From Escherichia phage vB_EcoM_PHB05, in sequence record NC_052652.1: a stretch of DNA of 64,000 nucleotides; one strand, given 5' to 3'. The notes beneath the pieces are model-generated. The model was not told where the DNA came from. It did not search any database and saw only the letters and a list, made by a program, of their open reading frames with translations. The first letter of the stretch is position 1, and each line of letters starts with the position of its first letter. This document shows, in pieces, positions 1 through 9,472 of this stretch. The translations under genes were made by a program, and so were the position numbers.

Positions 1-71
1 AGCCTACTTTCTTAAAAGCGCAATAAATTAGAATTATCTTGATTTTTAGGACGTTTTATAGTATAGAAAAT

Positions 72-280
72 ATGCAAATGATAATCATTATCAACTATCT
101 TCCACGGGTGGCACTATTTCACGCAGGATCATTTCATTTGGCAAGGTGTATATAGATGTTTAGAAATGCCAAGCCATTGATTTACTTAGAATTTATCTTT
201 TTTGTTGTGAGTAATGCCTTTCTTGCTCAGAAAATAATCAAAAGTCTTATAAGTCATTGAATGATAATGCAAATGATAAT
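72..280. repeat. 14-bp direct repeat ATGCAAATGATAAT (72-85 and 267-280) in 5' noncoding region
   Basis: Exact 14-mer seen twice about 195 bp apart in ORF-free region. Confidence 0.5.
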
Positions 281-406
281 AATTCTCATTGATATTTGAG
301 GGGGACGGTCAGCAGAAATCGGGGGGCGCTGAAAATCGCGTTAAGCACCTCTCGCAAGCGAGCAGTATTTTGCGGCAAGTTATTGATATTATTGACTTTA
401 CGCTTA

Positions 407-520
407 TGAAAAGGGGGTGTGTCGAAATAAATAGGGTATACCGGAAAATTTTTGTGGCATAGATATTTATTTGTCTATATTATGTACAAAGGGGTGTGTT
501 AAAAATATTAGGTATATATA
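407..520. repeat. Two copies of about 33-bp motif AAAGGGGTGTGT-N-AAATA-N-TAGGTATA (about 408-443 and 487-520)
   Basis: Near-identical G-rich/AT motif repeated about 80 bp apart upstream of first CDS; possible regulatory or protein-binding sites. Confidence 0.45.
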
Positions 521-696
521 GAATAATTGATAGGGAAATCCTATACTAAATCCTTCATTATTGCAGCGGGTGAAAGACAGAATCGAAGATGCAAATAATG
601 CTTGCATTGGATAGAAATGTCTGTATAGTGGTTTGCATACCGCGCACGACGCGTTTCCATTTTCAATAAAATGTTAGCATTATGGGGAGGTAGAAA

Positions 697-1158
697 ATGA
701 GACAACTATTTATACTGGAAGCATATGTGCAATGTGTTGCAGATTATGTCAAAGAACACTCAAGTTTGTTAGATGTAACCTGTGCAGTGCAAAATGATGT
801 AGGTATTGTCTGTGTGCGACATATCTTATCTGAAACTCGTTATGAAGTATTTCGTGCCAAGTTGTTTGGATGTGATCAAGTGCATGTAAACTTCTTGGAT
901 TCCAATTTTCGTTATGCTTTAGAAAATATTGATGATTATCTTCCTTGCTCTCCGACCGGATATGTGATGATGGCAGCAAATGAAGTAACACCAAGCAACA
1001 ATGAGCGGGAAACTTTGTTACGGAAGAAAATACGCCAACTGCAAGTGTTGAATGAAATGAAAGAAGAGATTGAAAAAGAACTGAAAGAAGATTTTGGTAC
1101 GCTTCCAAAAGACGCTTTGAAATGGTATGATGAACTAGGAGAGGAAAGTTATGAATAA
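697..1158 (+). CDS. hypothetical protein (paralog of 6911-7162 product)
   Basis: 153-aa ORF; N-terminal 80 aa share conserved blocks with the 6911 ORF (AYV..V..H.SLL.V, HxLS.T.Y.VF, NF....LEN). Confidence 0.55.
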   Translation: MRQLFILEAYVQCVADYVKEHSSLLDVTCAVQNDVGIVCVRHILSETRYEVFRAKLFGCDQVHVNFLDSNFRYALENIDDYLPCSPTGYVMMAANEVTPSNNERETLLRKKIRQLQVLNEMKEEIEKELKEDFGTLPKDALKWYDELGEESYE

Positions 1159-1327
1159 AGAAACTACTGTGTACTTAGTAACAAAGAATACCCCAGGCTG
1201 GAGCCAATGCAGCACTGTTCCTTACAAGATCTGTGCAACATTAGAACTAGCACAACGTGCAGAAGCAGAAGTGAATGCCATGCAATACAGCTATGGTGAG
1301 ATCATTCCTTTTACTCTTGAACAATAA
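1151..1327 (+). CDS. small hypothetical protein (58 aa)
   Basis: ATG 1151 preceded by GGAGAGGAAAG RBS-like run; overlaps stop of upstream gene. Confidence 0.3.
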   Translation: MNKETTVYLVTKNTPGWSQCSTVPYKICATLELAQRAEAEVNAMQYSYGEIIPFTLEQ

Positions 1328-1338
1328 GGATTTGTGTA

Positions 1339-1791
1339 ATGTTTGAAATTGGTAAAGTGTATCGTTTTAAGAACGCATCTTATATCCGCAAGTTTGCTAA
1401 TGTGTCTGAGTGCAATAGCAAGATTGCTTCTTTCTTAGGTGATTCCTATTTTCGTGTATTAGATGTGGATGACTGGTATGGTGTCACTGCTTTGCAATCC
1501 TTAGCAGGAGAACAAGAAATTATCGCTCAAAATGAAGGAGACTTTCTTCAGTGTTACACGTTGCTTGCAAAAAGTGAGTTTGAATACTTTGTAGAAGTAT
1601 TAGAAGAAGCACCAAAAAGTAAACACGAAGAGAAATACTTGCTTGTAGTGGACGGAGTTCCGATCATGGAAACCATCTCCCGTGAGGAAGTTGAAAAAGA
1701 GGCGAAACGTTACAAGCTGGATCGTACACAGAGTGTAGTTGAAATCTATTCTCTTGTTGGTGTTGCAGATATTAGTGTGAACATCGTATAA
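1339..1791 (+). CDS. hypothetical protein
   Basis: 150-aa ORF in tandem + strand early block; no recognisable motif. Confidence 0.55.
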   Translation: MFEIGKVYRFKNASYIRKFANVSECNSKIASFLGDSYFRVLDVDDWYGVTALQSLAGEQEIIAQNEGDFLQCYTLLAKSEFEYFVEVLEEAPKSKHEEKYLLVVDGVPIMETISREEVEKEAKRYKLDRTQSVVEIYSLVGVADISVNIV

Positions 1792-1794
1792 TAT

Positions 1795-2007
1795 ATGTGT
1801 AATGACAGATACATTCTTCGTGTATCTGATAAGTCTCCAATGTTTGACTGGCGGGGTTGGTGGCTACTAGCTCCGATGCAAGGTCTGACAGACGTGGAAA
1901 AGGAGGCTTATGTGTATACAAAAGAAGAGATAGAAGATAGCCTTTATTTGACAGATAGTATTAAGAATGGTATCTTTGAGTGTAAATTGAAAGGAGAGGA
2001 AGAATGA
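1795..2007 (+). CDS. hypothetical protein
   Basis: 70-aa ORF tightly packed after previous gene. Confidence 0.4.
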   Translation: MCNDRYILRVSDKSPMFDWRGWWLLAPMQGLTDVEKEAYVYTKEEIEDSLYLTDSIKNGIFECKLKGEEE

Positions 2008-2303
2008 CTGTTACAGAAAAACTGCGCTGTATTGCAAAGCAAAGTGGAGAAGGCTTGTGGTTTCCTATTGATGAAGTTATTCAGGACTGTTATGATCAGG
2101 CAAAAACTGGCAAATACTCCAAAGCATTTAAACCATCTGTTTTCGGTTTGGATGACTACCCGACAAATGAACAAGCAAAGAAACGCCAAGTTGATTTGAT
2201 TGATCTTGCTATGGAAGCACTACGAGAACGTGGACTTAGTAAGGTGTATGCTTTAAACACCAAAGAGGGTTTTGTAGATTCAGTGATCGTAGACTGGCAT
2301 TAA
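2004..2303 (+). CDS. hypothetical protein
   Basis: 99-aa ORF, 4-nt overlap with upstream gene. Confidence 0.5.
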   Translation: MTVTEKLRCIAKQSGEGLWFPIDEVIQDCYDQAKTGKYSKAFKPSVFGLDDYPTNEQAKKRQVDLIDLAMEALRERGLSKVYALNTKEGFVDSVIVDWH

Positions 2304-2312
2304 GGAGAAGCC

Positions 2313-2681
2313 ATGCAAGAGAATAATAAAGTGTGTAACATGAAAAGCAGCCCCTATTTGCTACAATTTTATGAGTGGTGGTTGGAACAAGAAGATACAA
2401 ACTTTAGCAAAAAGCATTATGGTCTTTGCACGTGTCTTGTAGACTTCTTATACAACATTGCTTGGATAAAAGATGTTGAGAATGTAGCAAACCTTCAAGC
2501 CTCTGTACGAGAGGAAATGAAGGAACAGTTTAAGAAAGCAGGTTTGAACCATTTACATCCATTTAATACAGATTTCTCACATTACTTTACAGAAACAGAG
2601 TTAGGCATTGCACACCTTAACAAAGAACGTGTACAATGGGTGATTGATCGTATTCGTGATATGGAGAAATACAATGGTTAA
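2313..2681 (+). CDS. hypothetical protein (paralog of 3305-3889 product)
   Basis: Shares LLQFY..W, HPFN, HLN.(E/K)R(V/I).WV..R blocks with the 3305 ORF. Confidence 0.55.
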   Translation: MQENNKVCNMKSSPYLLQFYEWWLEQEDTNFSKKHYGLCTCLVDFLYNIAWIKDVENVANLQASVREEMKEQFKKAGLNHLHPFNTDFSHYFTETELGIAHLNKERVQWVIDRIRDMEKYNG

Positions 2682-2892
2682 GTTTAAAACTTTCTGTGCA
2701 ATCTCTGTTTGTCTTATTCTTGCATACGTGTTATTCTCTGGTATCATTCGTTTAGGTGATCATATGGCAAGAGAAGCTCGTGAAAGTGAAGCTAAAAAAG
2801 AACAGTGTATTGTGTTCAAGCATCAAAGAGATGCTGAAAAGTTTCTCGCACTTGATTGCAATCGTTATGTATCTTATCAAATGTATGAGTAA
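2674..2892 (+). CDS. small membrane protein
   Basis: Start refined to ATG 2674 (MVKFKTF...); hydrophobic helix FCAISVCLILAYVLFSGII. Confidence 0.45.
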   Translation: MVKFKTFCAISVCLILAYVLFSGIIRLGDHMAREARESEAKKEQCIVFKHQRDAEKFLALDCNRYVSYQMYE

Positions 2893-2901
2893 GGAGGATT
2901 T

Positions 2902-3126
2902 ATGGTAAAACGTCTGGAATGGGATGCGTGTACTGCTCACGCTTGTCACTGTGATATTGTGGAAGATCCTAATGGAGAAATGGTGTATTATGAAGATTAC
3001 GAAGCATTGCACAATGCTGTGATTGCTTTACTGGATGATATTAGCTCACGCTACCCAGGACAACAATTCACGTGTCCACATATTCAACTGTTAGCCAAAC
3101 TTACGGAGTATCCAAGTGTTCCATAA
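2902..3126 (+). CDS. hypothetical protein
   Basis: 74-aa ORF, RBS-like AAGGAGGA upstream. Confidence 0.45.
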   Translation: MVKRLEWDACTAHACHCDIVEDPNGEMVYYEDYEALHNAVIALLDDISSRYPGQQFTCPHIQLLAKLTEYPSVP

Positions 3127-3127
3127 T

Positions 3128-3295
3128 ATGGGTGTCCCTGAACAACTGCTCTTTATTGTAGGACTAGTAGGCTTATTGGCGGCTGGAGCTAAAGCCGCTT
3201 CTCACACACGTCACATAATGTTAAGATTTCTATTCCTGCTCCCTTCTATCCTCGTACTACTAGTCATACTGATCGATAACATTTTTCACAATTAA
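3128..3295 (+). CDS. small two-helix membrane peptide (55 aa)
   Basis: ATG 3128 overlapping upstream stop; translation is strongly hydrophobic (LLFIVGLVGLLAAGA ... FLFLLPSILVLLVILI); below the ORF-track cutoff. Confidence 0.3.
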   Translation: MGVPEQLLFIVGLVGLLAAGAKAASHTRHIMLRFLFLLPSILVLLVILIDNIFHN

Positions 3296-3304
3296 GGAGA
3301 GGTT

Positions 3305-3889
3305 ATGAGTAAAATTATACCAAGCAGTTATGAATTATTGCAGTTTTATGTATATTATATAGACTGGGTTACTAGATCGAATGTTAAAGACAATGCGATG
3401 TTTAGTAAAAACATTTGTTTAACAGAAAGTATCTTCCGTTACTGGCACACAGGTAGAAAGTGTACACACAGTGAAGCTATGCGCATTGTAGGTGAATACC
3501 TGGAGCAATTGCAAAAAGCAGAACTTCCTGTCCTTCACCCATTCAATGAATCTAAAGAAGAATTAGAACAAGAGTGTAAGGAAGGTAAGTGCCATTTGAA
3601 TGAAAAACGTATTGAATGGGTAAGGCAACGTTTAGCCGATGCAGGAAAGCCTCCTAGTAACTCTGACTATACGTGGTACGATGTAGAGGGTTTAGTTCAG
3701 GGTTTTGAGGCTTGTGCTATAGATAATACCAATTTTGCCAAAGTTTTATGCGAGGTTTATGATCTGGCAGATAAAATCCGAAATCAAGGATGGAAACAAG
3801 AGCATAAAGAATCATATGAACGTCTTGACAAGATTTTCAAACAGATCTATTCTAACCACAAAGAGATGTTCCAAATGGAGGATGTGTAA
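3305..3889 (+). CDS. hypothetical protein (paralog of 2313-2681 product)
   Basis: 194-aa ORF with AAGGAGAGG RBS; shared blocks with the 2313 ORF. Confidence 0.55.
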   Translation: MSKIIPSSYELLQFYVYYIDWVTRSNVKDNAMFSKNICLTESIFRYWHTGRKCTHSEAMRIVGEYLEQLQKAELPVLHPFNESKEELEQECKEGKCHLNEKRIEWVRQRLADAGKPPSNSDYTWYDVEGLVQGFEACAIDNTNFAKVLCEVYDLADKIRNQGWKQEHKESYERLDKIFKQIYSNHKEMFQMEDV

Positions 3890-4575
3890 TGAAAGAGATT
3901 ATGTTTGAAGGTCATCGTTACGAAGTTCCAGACAATGCAAATTTTATGGCTCGTGATATCACTGGAGATGTGTTCTGGTTTGAAGATGAACCTGTATTTT
4001 CTTCGAACAAACACTGGTTTTCACAACAATCTTCTTCGGAAAATATGACTTTTGGCTACGTAGAACCTAAAGTCCGTTGCAGAGCAGCTTCTTCTTTGGT
4101 AAAAATTGCGCAGGATGATCAAGAAAATACTCCAGATGTTGTTAGTGCACTACTGAAGTACATTGCAGAACTTGAAAATAAAATTAAAGAAGCAGAAACT
4201 AAGGTGAAAGCACGATCAGCAATCATTGAATCTATGTCTGAACGTATTTTAGAATTAGAAGATTTGTGTGGAGAGGCTTATCAAGTGGTTGGTGCACTGG
4301 CTTGTGAAGCAGAAATGTTTGAAACTTCAGAACAAGTTTCACATATGTTAGATAATTTGAGTGAATGTAAAATGATTCATGATGATGTATTGCCATTTTG
4401 TTGCAATGTTAACAAAACAGAGCAAACAGAAGATTCAGAAACAGTTTATGTTCCGCTAATGTGTGTTCCAGATCATCTAAAAGGTGTATTCTCTTGTAAA
4501 TGGTCACTGTTGAGCGTTAATAATTGTGGTGAAAACTATTCTGCTAACATTGAATTGCTAAAACACGTTAAATAA
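3889..4575 (+). CDS. hypothetical protein
   Basis: 228-aa ORF; ATGA start/stop overlap with upstream gene. Confidence 0.55.
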   Translation: MKEIMFEGHRYEVPDNANFMARDITGDVFWFEDEPVFSSNKHWFSQQSSSENMTFGYVEPKVRCRAASSLVKIAQDDQENTPDVVSALLKYIAELENKIKEAETKVKARSAIIESMSERILELEDLCGEAYQVVGALACEAEMFETSEQVSHMLDNLSECKMIHDDVLPFCCNVNKTEQTEDSETVYVPLMCVPDHLKGVFSCKWSLLSVNNCGENYSANIELLKHVK

Positions 4576-4585
4576 GGAGAGTGAT

Positions 4586-4990
4586 ATGTGGTCTGTTAAA
4601 ATCAAATATAATGCGCAGTATTATGGTGGAAAACCTTACGAAGTTGTTATTTGTGATTGTATCTCTAAAGAAGTTGCACAGCTTTGTGGCGCTGGTGTTA
4701 GTGAAGCTATGAACAAAATGCATAACTCCACTGTGCGTTTCCTGGGTCGGGATATTCCAGAAGATGTAAATGACTATGATTACGAAGTTATTTACAATGA
4801 AGGTAAGAAGCTCTCTATTGAAGATGCACTTAAAGCACTACCTGCTATCTGCAATCCGACACCAGAAGCAGTTAAAGAGATTTTACCAGAATCCAACCCC
4901 GATGAATATGCCTCTATGGTTGCTTCAGATATGTGGAATCTCTGTCGAGAAACTATGATTAAAAATCTTGTGGAAATGGCACATGAGTAA
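4586..4990 (+). CDS. hypothetical protein
   Basis: 134-aa ORF with AAGGAGAG RBS. Confidence 0.5.
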   Translation: MWSVKIKYNAQYYGGKPYEVVICDCISKEVAQLCGAGVSEAMNKMHNSTVRFLGRDIPEDVNDYDYEVIYNEGKKLSIEDALKALPAICNPTPEAVKEILPESNPDEYASMVASDMWNLCRETMIKNLVEMAHE

Positions 4991-5201
4991 AACGCACTTT
5001 ATACATCCGTTTGATCCAAAGAACAAGGCGGTTATACACCGCCGTTGGACTGAAACGCGCATTACAAAATGTCCTGTGCCAGCAGCACAGGAATATAACA
5101 AAACATATAAAGCAGAATTTGTGGAGTACACCTTTGTGAATAACAAAGGGAAGGAGGTTTATGTTCCAGAATACTGCCTTTGGATAAAATGGGAGGAATA
5201 A
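4968..5201 (+). CDS. hypothetical protein
   Basis: 77-aa ORF overlapping end of upstream gene. Confidence 0.4.
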   Translation: MWKWHMSKTHFIHPFDPKNKAVIHRRWTETRITKCPVPAAQEYNKTYKAEFVEYTFVNNKGKEVYVPEYCLWIKWEE

Positions 5202-5368
5202 TGCAAACATTTTTTATCGACAAATTCAACAAAAATATGAACACGTGGATGGCAACATTCACTATGCAATTTGCGTCATTTAAAGAGGCTCAAGAATGGT
5301 GCGATCAGCACAAGGATTTTGATTTTTACTATCAAATTAATACAAATCTTTCTCCAGAGGATAAATAA
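5180..5368 (+). CDS. hypothetical protein
   Basis: 62-aa ORF. Confidence 0.35.
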   Translation: MDKMGGIMQTFFIDKFNKNMNTWMATFTMQFASFKEAQEWCDQHKDFDFYYQINTNLSPEDK

Positions 5369-5369
5369 T

Positions 5370-5720
5370 ATGTTGGCTGATATTGAAATCCTTATGTACC
5401 GACAAGGTATGATCAAAATGTGGCTGGATTCTTTTAGCAACATATACTGCACAGTGCGATCAGCAGAGGAGCGTAAAACGCTTATTTTATCTGCTATTGT
5501 TGATAAACAACGTTTCTTCAAAGAAGTTTTGCAAACAGGCTTCTCCGATGCAGGAGTAGAGATTGCAACTCTTAGTCTTGGGGTGCTGTCTTACTTGGAG
5601 TCCGTTGTTTTATATGTCTTCTCTTTAGAAGAAGACTTGCAATTGGAAGCATTAAAACTTATTCTAGATGCTGCAATTGACATAGAACAAAATCGAATTG
5701 ATTCTTTTGAAGAAAAATAA
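5370..5720 (+). CDS. hypothetical protein
   Basis: Start refined to internal ATG 5370 (MLADIEIL...) immediately after upstream stop. Confidence 0.4.
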   Translation: MLADIEILMYRQGMIKMWLDSFSNIYCTVRSAEERKTLILSAIVDKQRFFKEVLQTGFSDAGVEIATLSLGVLSYLESVVLYVFSLEEDLQLEALKLILDAAIDIEQNRIDSFEEK

Positions 5721-5730
5721 GGAGAAAACT

Positions 5731-6189
5731 ATGCAAGAGGTTAAACATTATCCACATGGTCGTAGTTTTGTAGCTGTATGGCATGTTCCTGCTCGTAATG
5801 AACTGTTTTGCGCATCTTTTCATTATAAAGATGGACAATATTTCACCTATGACGAGACGATGGATGACTTTATCCCAGAATGCGATCATGGTTATACACC
5901 AATGTTCTTTAAACGTATGAAAGCTCGTTTCTTCGTTACAGATGTTGATGGTGAACCTACTTGGCACATCGAAGAAGATTGGCAAGATTCTGTGGATATT
6001 AAAGAAGCCCCAGAATGGGCTACACTACTGGTACACGTCAAAACCCCTACCCTTGACGTTATGGCGTGGGTTAATCATGATGATACCCATTTCCAATACA
6101 TAAACAGTAGCACAGAGATTTCTGGTGAGATTATTGGTCGTTGGAAGCCTACGAATCAGGTTGCTATTGTCGGGTATAAGACGGTATAA
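5731..6189 (+). CDS. hypothetical protein
   Basis: Start refined to ATG 5731 with AAGGAGAAAA RBS. Confidence 0.5.
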   Translation: MQEVKHYPHGRSFVAVWHVPARNELFCASFHYKDGQYFTYDETMDDFIPECDHGYTPMFFKRMKARFFVTDVDGEPTWHIEEDWQDSVDIKEAPEWATLLVHVKTPTLDVMAWVNHDDTHFQYINSSTEISGEIIGRWKPTNQVAIVGYKTV

Positions 6190-6190
6190 T

Positions 6191-6385
6191 ATGAAAAATA
6201 GCGTAGACTGGGATGATTTATCCGATTTTGAAAAATGGTTCTTAGGTAGTGGTTGTTATGCAGACGGGGATCTCGAAAGAGATCCTTCTGGAAACTACAC
6301 TATGCCATTAACCCAAGGTTTTTATGAGTGCTGGTGCGCAGCACAAAACAACGTACTGAATAAGGAGACAACACAATGCAATTAA
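6191..6385 (+). CDS. hypothetical protein
   Basis: Start refined to ATG 6191 (MKNSVDWDD...). Confidence 0.4.
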   Translation: MKNSVDWDDLSDFEKWFLGSGCYADGDLERDPSGNYTMPLTQGFYECWCAAQNNVLNKETTQCN

Positions 6386-6615
6386 ACATCGGACAACCAA
6401 TTTTTGATGCAGATACTGGTCAATATGCAGTGATTGTTGCTCGTATGAGTGGGGATGATTTTATTGTTTCAGAACTACTCGGATCAGATCCGCAACTGCG
6501 CGTAGTTTGTGACCTATATCTTCGAGACGAAAGTGATCGCATTGCACTGAAAGAAGATGGTATGCTCTACTACACCTGGACTAGAGATCCTGGGGTAACG
6601 GAGGTAGAGGTATAA
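6376..6615 (+). CDS. hypothetical protein
   Basis: 79-aa ORF with AAGGAGA RBS. Confidence 0.45.
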   Translation: MQLNIGQPIFDADTGQYAVIVARMSGDDFIVSELLGSDPQLRVVCDLYLRDESDRIALKEDGMLYYTWTRDPGVTEVEV

Positions 6616-6914
6616 TGGTAAGGAATAGGGGCTTACATAAAAGAAGACATCTCACTTACTGGCATCGTAAAGTACATGAACCTGTATCAAAGAAAGAATG
6701 GCAATACCTGCCTTATGGAAAGGAGCGAAGAAAGTATTTGTTAGCTCATTTAAGGGTACATGGTTCGCTTCCTGTTAACAGTAAGTGGCAATTGCAAACA
6801 GCTTATGACGAGGATATGAAATATCTGTTAAAGAGGGGCATTATTTGCCTTGTTAAGATAGGACGATGGAAATCTCGTCAATCTTATATCGTACTTAAAC
6901 AGGAGAAACCATGA
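6615..6914 (+). CDS. hypothetical protein
   Basis: 99-aa basic ORF; start/stop overlap with upstream gene. Confidence 0.45.
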   Translation: MVRNRGLHKRRHLTYWHRKVHEPVSKKEWQYLPYGKERRKYLLAHLRVHGSLPVNSKWQLQTAYDEDMKYLLKRGIICLVKIGRWKSRQSYIVLKQEKP

Positions 6915-7162
6915 ATATCAAAGATGTTGTCGCATACGTGGAAGATGAAGTTAAAAACCATACAAGTTTACTGAAAGTAATGGTTGTGGTTAAAAATGGT
7001 ATTGGACAAGTAAACGTACAACATGTCTTATCTGACACTGTATACAATGTGTTTGAATGTAAAGAAACACCTCATGGAGTACGTGTGGTTTATATTGATA
7101 ACAATTTCAAAGAATGTGTGAGACATACCTTAGAAAATGAACTAAGGATCACAATCCTATGA
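6911..7162 (+). CDS. hypothetical protein (paralog of 697-1158 product)
   Basis: 83-aa ORF similar to N-terminal region of the 697 ORF. Confidence 0.5.
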   Translation: MNIKDVVAYVEDEVKNHTSLLKVMVVVKNGIGQVNVQHVLSDTVYNVFECKETPHGVRVVYIDNNFKECVRHTLENELRITIL

Positions 7163-7332
7163 GTTATTATGTTGTACCTTATGCCAATAAGTGGAGAGTA
7201 AGAGAAACTTGTTTTCTATTCTCCTGGTGGGCTACATTCGGAGATGGTTGTGGAAATGATACAGGAAAGCCTGTAGAGTATGACACGAAAGAAGAATGTG
7301 AACAGTGGATAAAATTAACACAAAGATGTTGA
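7159..7332 (+). CDS. small Cys-rich hypothetical protein (57 aa)
   Basis: ATGA overlap with upstream stop; below ORF-track cutoff. Confidence 0.3.
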   Translation: MSYYVVPYANKWRVRETCFLFSWWATFGDGCGNDTGKPVEYDTKEECEQWIKLTQRC

Positions 7333-7385
7333 CACGATCTTAACTTCTTGTTAGTATCAATGTGTACTAACGATAAGGAGGGTTC

Positions 7386-7610
7386 ATGAAGTCTGTAAAC
7401 AAGTTGCAACAATTTTTGTTATCAACAGCAATCTTTTTGCTTTTGTTAATTGGTATTCTGTATGGTGCAGCTAACTTATACAAGCTACACAAAAATGTAG
7501 AACATAACACAGAGAAGTGCACTATTCTAAAACAAAATAAACAAGCAGAAGATTTCTTAAAGAATAAATGTTACAACTACATTGATTATGAGGAGACAAA
7601 CAATGATTAA
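7386..7610 (+). CDS. small membrane protein
   Basis: AAGGAGG RBS; hydrophobic helix LLSTAIFLLLLIGILYGAANL. Confidence 0.45.
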   Translation: MKSVNKLQQFLLSTAIFLLLLIGILYGAANLYKLHKNVEHNTEKCTILKQNKQAEDFLKNKCYNYIDYEETNND

Positions 7611-7845
7611 AGAATTAGGCATGCGAGTATACAGTGAGTGGACTCCAAGCAATGGCCCAGGAATTGTTGCAGCTAAGTGTATCAATGGTCGTATTGAGTA
7701 CCTGGAAGGTTATGAAGATAATGAAGAGTTAGTAGATTATGCTAAATCTTTTATTGAAGATGATACAGACTTTATTGTATTATATGATACAGGAGAGTTA
7801 GAGTATGGATATGATGGAGATGGGGATATCTTTGAACTTCAATAA
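7603..7845 (+). CDS. hypothetical acidic protein
   Basis: Start refined to ATG 7603. Confidence 0.4.
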   Translation: MIKELGMRVYSEWTPSNGPGIVAAKCINGRIEYLEGYEDNEELVDYAKSFIEDDTDFIVLYDTGELEYGYDGDGDIFELQ

Positions 7846-8052
7846 GAGTAGTAAGTAAGATATAAAGAGTATATAGTTAGTTATAGAGTTAGTAACATTA
7901 CATATACTCTTTCCATGTGTAACATGGAATATTCTCTACCTCGCTATCGCTCGGTATATAAGATTAGGGTAGCATGTTTTTTACGAAAAGTAAAACTGTT
8001 TGTACCGATTGATAGCAGGTTTTTAATAGATTTTATCTATGAGGAGTAGAAA

Positions 8053-8271
8053 GTGTACAAATTATATAAAGCAAAAGATAAGTTTACGGGTAATACATCT
8101 GGTTTCTATGTAACACCTCGTGGTGTTGCTGTGTTCGATTGGATCTCTGGTACTCCAGATCGTGAAATAATCTCTCTTGTAAAACTGTCAGAACAAGATT
8201 ATACTTACGGTGACATTACAACGTTCTATTCTCGTGCAGAAAATCCAAAACTAATTGCGGAGTGGGAATAA
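8053..8271 (+). CDS. hypothetical protein
   Basis: 72-aa ORF, GTG start with GAGGAG RBS. Confidence 0.4.
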   Translation: MYKLYKAKDKFTGNTSGFYVTPRGVAVFDWISGTPDREIISLVKLSEQDYTYGDITTFYSRAENPKLIAEWE

Positions 8272-8534
8272 TGGTTACACGATATGGCTTAGAGGTGTAC
8301 AGCCAAGGTGCTGCTGGTCAATGTGATATTGTACCAGATCCAGAAGGGGATTATGTTCTTCTTGCTAATTACAATAAGCTAGAAGAAAGACTTCTGGCTG
8401 TGTATGCTAAAGAGAACAAAACAATCTGCCCTTATTGCAGTGGAATGGGTTGGGTGGTTGCAGATGTTGGACAAATGTACGAATGTGTGCCTTGTAAAAC
8501 CACAGGATTTATTGAAAAGGATACTGACAAATGA
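8271..8534 (+). CDS. hypothetical protein (CxxC...CxxC)
   Basis: Start refined to ATG 8271; CPYC...CVPC pattern suggests zinc ribbon. Confidence 0.4.
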   Translation: MVTRYGLEVYSQGAAGQCDIVPDPEGDYVLLANYNKLEERLLAVYAKENKTICPYCSGMGWVVADVGQMYECVPCKTTGFIEKDTDK

Positions 8535-8779
8535 CTGTAGCAGATAAAATGAGAGAACTGGCAGAAAACGCAGAACTTAACAAAGCAAAGGATAGTCTAC
8601 AAAATATCTACTCGTATATTGAGAGAGCAGCTAAAGATGGAGACAGAGAAGTTGCTATCTACACGCTTTATCCAACTTTTGTAAAAGTTAACTTGGATGC
8701 TGAAGGTTTTTCAACTTTTATTGATACAGAAACATCTCATTACGACGAAAACTTTACTCGAATAGTTATTCGATGGTAA
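8531..8779 (+). CDS. hypothetical protein
   Basis: 82-aa ORF overlapping upstream stop. Confidence 0.45.
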   Translation: MTVADKMRELAENAELNKAKDSLQNIYSYIERAAKDGDREVAIYTLYPTFVKVNLDAEGFSTFIDTETSHYDENFTRIVIRW

Positions 8780-8884
8780 ATTTCTGACATTTATACGCCC
8801 TGGCTACCTGGGCGTAATAAATTCAGCTTATATTTGATCCGCGCCTTCGGCGCTTAGGCAAAGCCACGCCACACAGGAGGGTTT

Positions 8885-9295
8885 ATGTTCAAATGGTTAA
8901 AAGGGTTTCTAACATCTTTGGCAGAACCTAAGCAAGATGTTATTAAAAGCTCTATCACAGGGAAACCGCTTGTTATAGTTACAGGCGGCTTTGGTCATGG
9001 GTTTTCTCTTAAACAAACAGATATAGGTTTACAGGGGTGTCTGATTAGTTTTAGAATCACTCAATTAGGAGATAATAGACAAACAATCTTAGATCTTTTC
9101 AATGGGGAGTTTGATGATTATTTATCTAAGAGTGATAAAGAACGTCTGATCGAGCATATAAAACACCGCTATGAGCGTGGTGATTACTATCTAGACACAA
9201 AACGTAATTCACAAGGTGATCTTGACATAGTTAGCATAGCGTGGGATAATGAATTTAAAACTAAACTTGGTAAACTTCTGGAGGAGTTATGGTAA
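8885..9295 (+). CDS. hypothetical protein
   Basis: 136-aa ORF with AGGAGG RBS. Confidence 0.5.
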   Translation: MFKWLKGFLTSLAEPKQDVIKSSITGKPLVIVTGGFGHGFSLKQTDIGLQGCLISFRITQLGDNRQTILDLFNGEFDDYLSKSDKERLIEHIKHRYERGDYYLDTKRNSQGDLDIVSIAWDNEFKTKLGKLLEELW

Positions 9296-9468
9296 ATATT
9301 AAAACAGGTGATATTGTACGTCTTGCCAGCGAAGAAATGTTAATGACTGTAATGGTATCTACTTACGATACTTGCGAAGTGGTGTGGTTTGATGTTAATG
9401 AGCAACTACAGAAAGCTACATTTGATAAACGTATGCTTCGTAAAGTTGAAGAAGTGAAGGAGGAATAA
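9289..9468 (+). CDS. small hypothetical protein (59 aa)
   Basis: ATG 9289 after GGAGGAG; below ORF-track cutoff. Confidence 0.3.
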   Translation: MVNIKTGDIVRLASEEMLMTVMVSTYDTCEVVWFDVNEQLQKATFDKRMLRKVEEVKEE

Positions 9469-9472
9469 TAGT

